Shown piece by piece: positions 16,624 through 23,635 of a DNA stretch of 47,975 nucleotides. The stretch is from Candidatus Woesearchaeota archaeon (GTDB lineage Archaea; Nanobdellota; Nanobdellia; Pacearchaeales; GW2011-AR1): assembly GCA_964408125.1 (NCBI GenBank), contig CAYOYC010000002.1, positions 1 through 47,975 on the forward strand, read 5' to 3'. Position 1 is the stretch's first letter. Each line of letters begins with the position of its first letter. The position numbers and the translations under genes are program-made. Below the pieces are notes generated by a model, which searched no databases, was not told where the DNA came from, and was given only the letters and a program-made list of their open reading frames with translations.

Positions 16624-17718
16624 TTAGGAAGCACCTGGTCGGTGCATTCGTGCTAATAGTATTCTGATTAGTAGACTTTCGGGGTCCTCGTTTTGACGGT
16701 CGTTATTAAGTGTTCTTAATAATTGTGTTGCTTGTATATATTTTGCTAAATCTTCTATTCCCGCGCCAGGTGCAAGTCCCAATTGTATATTTCCATTTTC
16801 ATCTGTTTGAACTCCGAACTTCGGAGCACTTTGTTTTTGTTTCTTTGCAAATAAGTCGTATGCTTCGTTTATTAATCCGTTTTGTATGGAGTAAGCAAAT
16901 AGTGTGTTAGCATCAGTAATTCCTGCCGTTTTAAGTTGTGCAGCTGTAGCTTCATATTTTTTCATTCTTTTTGTATCAGCTAGGCCATTTGCGAGTCTTC
17001 CTATTGGGCTTGGGTGAGTTTGCGCATAAGCTTGTGCTGCATTTCTATAGTCGTTTATGTCATTAGCTACCGGCTTCGTGTCGATTCCAAGCCTATATTT
17101 TGCTCTTTCAAGTAAATTTCTTGAATGCCTTACTAGTTTAATCTGGTATGGGTTTAGTTTCTTTATTTTTTTATTGAAAATATCTTCTTCTCTTTTAAAT
17201 TTCCTTCTTTCCTTCTTTCTTAAGCCATCCAATGTTTGTTCAGCTTGTGTTGCTTGTGCTTTTCTTGCTTCTCTTGGATCTATAATTCTACTAGGATCGT
17301 CAATCTCCTTTCCTTCGTTTACTTTCGAGTAGAAATTATCTAGCATTTGATGATATTCCTGGCAGGATGTATAAGCATCGATCCCTTTTGATGTAGCTGC
17401 TATGGCTAGTTTTGCTCCTTCTCTAATTCCTCTTCCGACGTATTTAACTCCGCTCCATAAGTAGCTTAATCCAGTTTCAGCTGCTGCTTTAGTGTGAGCG
17501 TATAATGGTTTTGATAAAAGCGTACCGCCTGCTAAAGCACCGACTGGTCCGCCTAGTAAATATCCCGTTGTGGCACCCAGAACTCCAGTAGCACCAACAT
17601 ATTTCTCGAGGCTATTTTTTAATTCTGTTCTTCTTGCATCCTTTTCTGCCCTCATGTCATTGGCTAAAGCCATAAGAGATGCTGCCCTTGGGCTCATGTA
17701 TGAATATGTGTTTGTCAT
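16624..17718 (-). CDS. Hypothetical Ala/Gly/Lys-rich protein with a glycine-zipper segment
   Basis: GATGVLGATTGYLLGGPVGALAGGTLL near the N-terminus. The rest is hydrophilic and helical-looking. G+C is visibly higher than in the flanking genes. Confidence 0.6.
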   Translation of the reverse strand: MTNTYSYMSPRAASLMALANDMRAEKDARRTELKNSLEKYVGATGVLGATTGYLLGGPVGALAGGTLLSKPLYAHTKAAAETGLSYLWSGVKYVGRGIREGAKLAIAATSKGIDAYTSCQEYHQMLDNFYSKVNEGKEIDDPSRIIDPREARKAQATQAEQTLDGLRKKERRKFKREEDIFNKKIKKLNPYQIKLVRHSRNLLERAKYRLGIDTKPVANDINDYRNAAQAYAQTHPSPIGRLANGLADTKRMKKYEATAAQLKTAGITDANTLFAYSIQNGLINEAYDLFAKKQKQSAPKFGVQTDENGNIQLGLAPGAGIEDLAKYIQATQLLRTLNNDRQNEDPESLLIRILLARMHRPGAS

Positions 17719-17896
17719 GTTTTTTGTTGTAAAAAGAGTTTTGGTGTTTTATTTTCCTGGCTCTTTTTGTATGATTATTCTAAGTGGAGGGGGTATTTAA
17801 ATCTTTTGTTTTTGTTACTACTACATAGTTTACATAAAGTGTTTAATTAAATGCTGTTCTGGATAGATTTAAAAGTTTTCAATTTGTCTATATTTT

Positions 17897-18784
17897 ATGA
17901 AAAGAGTAATGAAGTTATTTTTTATGTTATTGCTAGTGATTAATATATTTTCATTTGTTATAGGGGTTAGCGCTAGTATTGATTCCCAGGTGGAGGATGT
18001 TGCCAATACTGCAGACAAGAGTATTCAGGAAGTAGATAGATTTCTTAGTAGTAGTGAGGCGAGAAGTGAATATTTAAAACAAGAATGGCTTAAAATTACA
18101 CAGTCTCAACCGTTTGGTAAATATATTTTACCAGTTCATAATTATCTAATTTTACATAAGCAGGTTTTTGGATATCTTTTGGGAATAAATTATCAGTTCT
18201 CTTGGAAGTTTTTTTTAGCCTTTATATTTTGGGTCGTTCTTGTAGTGTTTTGCTTTAGAATAATTAGGGGGCTTGTTATGTTTATAATGGCTTCAATTAT
18301 ATTAGTAAAAAGGTCTGAACGCGATTTTGGGGAACTTATTAGAAGGCCAGGTGTGATGATGTGTATAAATTTGATTTTATTTTTGGCTATAGTTTTGTTG
18401 ATTTCTGTGGTAAGGGTACCATTGGGGCTAGCAATCGTGGTTTATGGCATATTTTCTAATGAAACTAGTTTGATTATGAGAATAATATATGTGGCGGTTA
18501 TAATTGGAGGAGTGTATTTGTTAAATATGATTTATAAGGAAATGGTTTACTTTTCTAAGATATATAAAGATGCGAGGAAACAAAAGACGATAAGTGATAC
18601 GGTAAAGAGGATAGAGGATGAGTTGGAGGATTTTAAATCGGGGAAGAAAAAAATTATTGCACAAGATTCTATGGAGATGGCAGGTGCCAAATCTTTTTCA
18701 GAAGAAGAACAACAGCAAGCTGACGAAGAAGAGGCATTGGCTCAAGCCAGAGAAGACGTTGATGGAATTACAGACGAAGAGTAG
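17897..18784 (+). CDS. Polytopic membrane protein with acidic C-terminal tail, probable distant paralog array member
   Basis: Signal sequence and TM helices. 'RVPLGLAIVVYGIFS ... YKEMVYFSKIYKDARKQ' has the same layout as the 13756/15022/15885 proteins. Confidence 0.6.
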   Translation: MKRVMKLFFMLLLVINIFSFVIGVSASIDSQVEDVANTADKSIQEVDRFLSSSEARSEYLKQEWLKITQSQPFGKYILPVHNYLILHKQVFGYLLGINYQFSWKFFLAFIFWVVLVVFCFRIIRGLVMFIMASIILVKRSERDFGELIRRPGVMMCINLILFLAIVLLISVVRVPLGLAIVVYGIFSNETSLIMRIIYVAVIIGGVYLLNMIYKEMVYFSKIYKDARKQKTISDTVKRIEDELEDFKSGKKKIIAQDSMEMAGAKSFSEEEQQQADEEEALAQAREDVDGITDEE

Positions 18785-18801
18785 TTCTAAATTTTAATTC
18801 T

Positions 18802-18849
18802 TAAGAAAGCCTGCAGAGGGATTCAAACCCCCGACCCTCAGTTTCTTTG
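18802..18849 (-). repeat. Exact 48-nt copy of the 3' part of tRNA-Thr(UGU): last 6 intron nt, 3' exon and 6-nt trailer
   Basis: Identical to 21523-21570 (taagaaagcctgcagagggattcaaacccccgaccctcagtttctttg). No matching 5' half is adjacent. Confidence 0.85.
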
Positions 18850-18936
18850 CTTTGGGGTTATGGTTTGTTACGTTTTTGCATATCGGGCCTAAGCAATAAT
18901 ATTATTTAGAATAAGCTATAACCTCCGCCTGAGTTT

Positions 18937-19617
18937 TTATTTATTAAAAAAATCTATTGCATGTTTTAGGGTAATATAAGCCATGGATAAATCATCCTCT
19001 TTTAGAATAAAAATATTTTGCTTAAATGTGGTGGCTAACTCGACAATATTTATTTTTTTGTCTGATAAAAGAGAAAGAAGATGCGCAAGAAATCCTATAG
19101 TATTTTTAGAATAATCGTTTAAATCTTGAGATTCTCTTAAAGAAAGTATTGCAAGATTTTCTTGGGTTTCAATAATACTTTTCTTTATACTTTCAAATTT
19201 TTTAAAATTCTTTTTATCACATATTATAGTTATTTCTGAAGTGCCCTGGATAGTAAACATTATGTCTCCCATGTCCCACCTGATCTCTCTAGAAATCTCA
19301 TTTATCCTTTTTACGACATTTTTTGTTCTTTCTAAAGTAATATCAACAATATTTGTTTTCATAATTAGTTCAGCATCTCTCAATATTTCTTCAAAAGAAA
19401 TAGACTGTTTTTCATTCTTCACCTCATCATATAGTCTTTGTAAAGAAATAAGAACTGAAGAAAAATTTGCCTTTTTATTCTTGGCTTTTATCTTAGGTAA
19501 TATCTGCCTTGTTAACTCGGAATAATTGATTATTCCCCTCTTTAAGCTTTCAGCTAAAAACAAGCTAGAGTTTATTTCTTCTTTTACAAGTTGTGCTGTT
19601 GCTTCTGGTTTGTCCAT
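18937..19617 (-). CDS. Hypothetical protein with C-terminal ACT-like domain
   Basis: The C-terminal 'GFLAHLLSLLSDKKINIVELATTFKQNIFILKEDDLSMAYITLKHAI' resembles an ACT fold. Confidence 0.45.
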   Translation of the reverse strand: MDKPEATAQLVKEEINSSLFLAESLKRGIINYSELTRQILPKIKAKNKKANFSSVLISLQRLYDEVKNEKQSISFEEILRDAELIMKTNIVDITLERTKNVVKRINEISREIRWDMGDIMFTIQGTSEITIICDKKNFKKFESIKKSIIETQENLAILSLRESQDLNDYSKNTIGFLAHLLSLLSDKKINIVELATTFKQNIFILKEDDLSMAYITLKHAIDFFNK

Positions 19618-19761
19618 TTTGATGTATAGTATTAGACATAAAGTATAATAAAAGAGAGTTTATATATTTTACTAAGGTAATATGGAATTAAAAAATAAAA
19701 ACAGTTTGAAAGAGAAATACTTTGCTTTAGAAATTCAACTAAATTTTAATGGAGGTGAAAT

Positions 19762-20043
19762 ATGGCACAAGGATCAGTAGCACCTGAGGGTAAACACGGC
19801 GGGGTTGGATCAATAAGCAAGCTAGAAGAAAAAATTCTCGGGATATCGATGGGAATAGGGATAGCTCTTTCTGGTAGTGTATTAACTTATCTAGGGGTAA
19901 ACAACTTTACAGAAAAGTTAGCAAATAATGCATCCTATCAAGAAATAACTAGCTCAGCACTCGGAATCGGGTTTGGAGGGGCAATTATTGCTGCAGGAAT
20001 AGGTTTTGCAGCATGTGCGTTAAAAGAGCAATACAAAAAATAA
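19762..20043 (+). CDS. Small Gly-rich membrane protein (2 TM)
   Basis: Shine-Dalgarno GGAGGTGA upstream. Segments GISMGIGIALSGSVLTYLG and ALGIGFGGAIIAAGIGFAACAL. Confidence 0.5.
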   Translation: MAQGSVAPEGKHGGVGSISKLEEKILGISMGIGIALSGSVLTYLGVNNFTEKLANNASYQEITSSALGIGFGGAIIAAGIGFAACALKEQYKK

Positions 20044-20063
20044 ATTTTTTAAAAGAGGTGATT

Positions 20064-21428
20064 TTATTTTTTCTTTCTGTTCTTCATCCAGAAAAATCCA
20101 GCAACTACACCAATCAAAATAAGAACTCCCCCAATCCACGAAGAAGCCGTATTTGATAAATTTGAAATTGCGTTTCCAGTAAGATTAGTTTGGAGGAGAA
20201 ATAAACCCGAAACTAATCCTAATATGGAGATTAAATGCATTGGTTTTAAAACTTTTTCCAATCCCCCTAGAACGCTCATTTGTAGTCTTCTTCCAAAACT
20301 CATCTTTTCCCTTAATTCTTTTATTCTGTCTAAAAGATAATCTTCAGAATATCTTCTATCTTCCCAAGATTTTCCAGATCCAATTACTAATATTTTTTTA
20401 TATCTATCGATCGTAACTTTTCTAAGTTTATCGATTTTTACTTCAGAATCAATTCCTTCTAAATCCATATCTAAGTACAGTCTCATTTCATATAAACATT
20501 TAATAGCTTCACTCATTTTATTTTCTTCTATGAGCTTATCTGTTTTAACTAGCATTCTATTAAAGTAAGCATCATCTCCATAAGGTTTTTTAGGGAAGTG
20601 TGTTTTTATTAGGACATCACTTCCAGATTCAAACCAATTACCATCGTTATAACGAGATTCATTAACTTCAATAGGTAGGTTATACTTTTTTGATATTGTA
20701 TCTCTATAATATTTAATTTTTGCCTCTTTTTTATCTTTAGGTGTATTTGTGGGAATTCTAATTACTACTTTTGCAATACTATCGGGTGTTGCGTGATTCA
20801 CATATCCTATTCCCTCTCCTCCACTTGGGCGAGTTTTTGAGTTGAATAGTTTCCCATTGTTGGGCACAAAGCAAATGCTATATTTATCTCCAGAAGTTAT
20901 ATCTTTTTTGCTTTTAACTCCCCAATGTGCTCGAATGGAATCTAGTTCAAGGAGGATATTGTCTCCATATAGTGGGCGTCCGTGAAAACTTCCATAAAAG
21001 CCCGTATCTAGAATATTTATCAGGCTATCGTATGAGTCTGGCATTATATGGCTCCTTCCTGCTGTGTGAGCCCCTGAACTAATTGCATGATTTGCAACCA
21101 ATGGTTGAAAAACCATATAGTTTTCTTTCCTTTTTACCTGGGCATATTTACTACGCCAAAGTCTTGATTGGTCCCCAAATCTAATTTCGTTATTAGGATC
21201 GTCACCGGTATATTCAATAGTAAGTATTTCGTCATGAGGGTCTTTTGATTTTGAAAAATAATCTTTTAAACTCATTCCGTTAAATTGCAATTTGTCTGTC
21301 CCATAAACCTCTCTAAGATTTCTATTTACTTCGTCTTCAGTTAAATTTCCTAGTTCGCTAATGGGAATTCGGTAAACAAATCCTTTTGAACCTCTTTTTA
21401 ATCCCGTAACTTTTCTTCTTATTGGCAT
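20064..21428 (-). CDS. Hypothetical 454-aa protein, cytoplasmic-looking N-terminal domain with C-terminal TM anchors
   Basis: No signal peptide. The C-terminus is HLISILGLVSGLFLLQ...SSWIGGVLILIGVVAGFFWMKNRKKK. Confidence 0.55.
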   Translation of the reverse strand: MPIRRKVTGLKRGSKGFVYRIPISELGNLTEDEVNRNLREVYGTDKLQFNGMSLKDYFSKSKDPHDEILTIEYTGDDPNNEIRFGDQSRLWRSKYAQVKRKENYMVFQPLVANHAISSGAHTAGRSHIMPDSYDSLINILDTGFYGSFHGRPLYGDNILLELDSIRAHWGVKSKKDITSGDKYSICFVPNNGKLFNSKTRPSGGEGIGYVNHATPDSIAKVVIRIPTNTPKDKKEAKIKYYRDTISKKYNLPIEVNESRYNDGNWFESGSDVLIKTHFPKKPYGDDAYFNRMLVKTDKLIEENKMSEAIKCLYEMRLYLDMDLEGIDSEVKIDKLRKVTIDRYKKILVIGSGKSWEDRRYSEDYLLDRIKELREKMSFGRRLQMSVLGGLEKVLKPMHLISILGLVSGLFLLQTNLTGNAISNLSNTASSWIGGVLILIGVVAGFFWMKNRKKK

Positions 21429-21522
21429 GAAACTAAATCTTTTTCAAACTATAAAAAACTTCCCAAAAACAATTCTCTTGATTTTTTAAGTCGATAAATC
21501 TTAAAATAGTGATGATAAAATA

Positions 21523-21570
21523 TAAGAAAGCCTGCAGAGGGATTCAAACCCCCGACCCTCAGTTTCTTTG
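21523..21570 (-). repeat. Second copy of the 48-nt repeat, inside and just 3' of the intact tRNA-Thr gene
   Basis: Identical to 18802-18849. Confidence 0.85.
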
Positions 21571-21624
21571 TCTGTTTATAACATTAATACAAAACTGATG
21601 CTCTATCAACTGAGCTATGCAGGC
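21529..21624 (-). tRNA. tRNA-Thr (anticodon UGU) with a 23-nt intron at the canonical 37/38 position
   Basis: The reverse complement folds as GCCTGCA-TA-GCTC-AGTTGATA-GAGC-A-TCAGT-TTTGTA[TTAATGTTATAAACAGACAAAGA]A-ACTGA-GGGTC-GGGGG-TTTGAAT-CCCTC-TGCAGGC-T. UUUG/CAAA can form a BHB-type central helix flanked by 3-nt bulges. Confidence 0.85.
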
Positions 21625-21665
21625 GTAAAAATAAGAGATTTAGATGGTTTTTAAGTATTTTGTAT

Positions 21666-22202
21666 TTATTTCCAAAAGCTTTTTTCAACAGTCTCTTTCT
21701 TCAGTTCTACTGGGTAGATTAATTCTGCGAGTTCGTCTGGAGAAAACCATAGTTGAATTTCTCTCTTGGCATCTTTTTCGGATTCGGAAGCATGGACTAC
21801 TGTTTCGAGCACTTCTGTTTTAGAGTTGATTCTTCCATATTTTCCCCTAATTGAAGAAGGATCTGCATCTTCTGGGTTTGTGCTTCCAATTATTTCTCTT
21901 ATTTTTTCGATTATGTTTTCTCCATGATATACTAAAGCCATTACTCTATTTGTGTGATATTCTCCTTGGATATATTTTATTATACTATTATACAGAGTGG
22001 TGCCTTTTTCTTCCCCAAGCCTTGTTATAAGTTTACCTTTTAATTCAGAATAGTGTTCTTCTGCGAGTTCTCTTTTTACAGAAACTATTTTAGATCCGAT
22101 AATTTTTCCCCTTGCTCTAGAAAGTTCAGAGATAATATCCCCAGTTAATGATTTGATAAGTCCGTCGGGTTTAATTAGTATTAGACATTGCTGTATTGCC
22201 AT
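21666..22202 (-). CDS. ndk: Nucleoside diphosphate kinase
   Basis: 'LILIKPDG', 'NPEDADPSSIRGKYG' and 'VVHASES'. Somewhat longer than typical NDKs. Confidence 0.9.
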   Translation of the reverse strand: MAIQQCLILIKPDGLIKSLTGDIISELSRARGKIIGSKIVSVKRELAEEHYSELKGKLITRLGEEKGTTLYNSIIKYIQGEYHTNRVMALVYHGENIIEKIREIIGSTNPEDADPSSIRGKYGRINSKTEVLETVVHASESEKDAKREIQLWFSPDELAELIYPVELKKETVEKSFWK

Positions 22203-22203
22203 T

Positions 22204-22923
22204 TTATTCTTTTTTAACTTTTTTTTCAGAAACTTTTTCTTCTTCTGAAGCGACCTCTTTTTCTTCTTCAGTTTCTTTATCAGTAGAGTTTGATTCTTCT
22301 TTTGCTTTCTTTTCTTTTTCTGCTAGGTCTAATTCTTCTGCTTGTGTTAGTTCCACTACTTCTTCTTTGACTTCTGGAACTTTTATTGTTAAATCTGCCT
22401 TTAAGATATCCTTTGTTTCTAATACTCTTATTTCACAAAGAGAAAGGGGATAAACTTTCTTTAATCTTGGGTACATTTCCTTTTGCATCTCTCCAAATAT
22501 GATAGATTCTGCCAATTCTAGGTATGTTTTTGTTTTTGTATATTCTAGTATGAATTCTTTTGCTGTTTTTCTAAGGCTATTTCTGATAGCTCTTGATACT
22601 TTCTTTCGTGTTATTAAGAAGGGTTTTATTGTTACTGGTACGTCTTTACATGAGCTAGTAAATGAGTCCTCTACATAATTTACTCTTTTTCTCATCATTC
22701 TTTGAACATAACTTCTCATTAAAGTCAAGCTTTTTGGGTGAGCAACTAGCTTTTTATCCTTGTAAATTATTTGAAAGACTACCTCTAATCCTCGGCCTTT
22801 AAGTTTTCTTGAAAGGTCAAGCTTTATTGTTTTATTTTCTAAAGTTTCTGGCGTTCCTAAAGCGGGTAGTGTCTCATTTACGATTGGTAATTCTATATCT
22901 ATAAATTTCTTTTTTGTTGCCAT
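22204..22923 (-). CDS. rps3ae: 30S ribosomal protein S3Ae (eS1) with an acidic/Lys-rich C-terminal extension
   Basis: 'LMRSYVQRMMRKRVNYVED', 'VTIKPFLITRKKVSRAIRNSLRK' and 'VYPLSLCEIRVLE'. About 60 extra E/K-rich residues at the C-terminus. Confidence 0.85.
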   Translation of the reverse strand: MATKKKFIDIELPIVNETLPALGTPETLENKTIKLDLSRKLKGRGLEVVFQIIYKDKKLVAHPKSLTLMRSYVQRMMRKRVNYVEDSFTSSCKDVPVTIKPFLITRKKVSRAIRNSLRKTAKEFILEYTKTKTYLELAESIIFGEMQKEMYPRLKKVYPLSLCEIRVLETKDILKADLTIKVPEVKEEVVELTQAEELDLAEKEKKAKEESNSTDKETEEEKEVASEEEKVSEKKVKKE

Positions 22924-22924
22924 T

Positions 22925-23236
22925 TTATTCTTGTAGCATCTTGCTTGCTCTTATTCCTGCTTTTCTGTCTTTGCCTTTATTGCAAGTTAAGCAGATATAT
23001 AGAAGCTTCGCCTTTTTAGTTGTTTTAGTTTTCATTTTGAACTTAGTGACTGCTGGTTTAGAACCCCATTTACCCTTATTGCCAATTCCTCTTCCTTTTC
23101 CTCTAAGTTTTGCTCTCATAATACCGCCTCTTTTTAACGCGCCTCTTTTATTTCCAGAGCTAACTATCTTTATTTTTTGTTCAGTAGTTTTATTGCAATA
23201 TGGGCAATATCTATTTGTTTTTTTTGGAATCTTCAT
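22925..23236 (-). CDS. rpl44e: 50S ribosomal protein L44e (eL42)
   Basis: 'MKIPKKTNRYCPYCNKTTEQKI' and 'LLYICLTCNK' form the zinc ribbon. A TATA (tttataaa, 23259-23266) lies about 27 nt upstream of ATG 23236. The listed 23323 start adds an implausible extension. Confidence 0.9.
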   Translation of the reverse strand: MKIPKKTNRYCPYCNKTTEQKIKIVSSGNKRGALKRGGIMRAKLRGKGRGIGNKGKWGSKPAVTKFKMKTKTTKKAKLLYICLTCNKGKDRKAGIRASKMLQE

Positions 23237-23306
23237 AATATGAGAGTTACTAGATGGGTTTATAAAGTTTCGTGTGTCTATAGTTGCGCAGTGACCGTGG
23301 GATAAT

Positions 23307-23322
23307 TGCGGCTTTCGCCGCA
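23307..23322. other. GC-rich hairpin TGCGGC-TTTC-GCCGCA (GAAA tetraloop on the minus strand)
   Basis: Read directly. It lies between the palindromic TATA of rpl44e and the 23364 gene. Confidence 0.4.
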
Positions 23323-23333
23323 CGATAAGTAGT

Positions 23334-23354
23334 CAAATTTACTTCGTAAATTTG
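23334..23354. promoter_or_regulatory. Perfect inverted repeat CAAATTTAC-TTC-GTAAATTTG, 10 nt upstream of ATG 23364
   Basis: Read directly. Confidence 0.3.
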
Positions 23355-23363
23355 TTAATTAAG

Positions 23364-23630
23364 ATGGTAAGAATAAAGTTTAGAGTTGGGCAACAGAGAA
23401 AGTTTTTAGACTTAGTTATTTCTAATTCTAGTTCGCCTTCGCTGAGAGGATTAAAACAGTTTGGACTAAAAATAAACTATGAGACCCTTAAGAGCTACTA
23501 CAATGAGAATAGAACGTTGCCAGAAGATTTTTTTAATGATCTTCTTATTTTGGCAAGGGTAGATAAAAAATCTTTGAAATTTAGTTACTTAAAAGAGCAC
23601 TGGGGGCAAGTTAAAGGCGGGAAGCGCTGA
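23364..23630 (+). CDS. Hypothetical small protein (HTH-like appearance)
   Basis: MVRIKFRVGQQRKFLDLV...LKSYYNENRTLPEDFF. I chose ATG 23364 over the listed TTG 23352. Confidence 0.4.
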   Translation: MVRIKFRVGQQRKFLDLVISNSSSPSLRGLKQFGLKINYETLKSYYNENRTLPEDFFNDLLILARVDKKSLKFSYLKEHWGQVKGGKR

Positions 23631-23635
23631 TTTCA

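Noticed and set aside
22196-23243. ORFs 22196-22453 and 22914-23243, antisense to the S3Ae and L44e genes.
   Set aside because: They are shadows of highly conserved ribosomal protein genes. Their translations are Ser/Phe/Leu repeats.
23237-23323. A 29-codon N-terminal extension of L44e in the ORF track (MRRKPQLSHGHCATIDTRNF...).
   Set aside because: The conserved protein starts at MKIPKK. A TATA box lies about 27 nt upstream of that ATG and inside the supposed extension. The extension covers the GC-rich hairpin instead.
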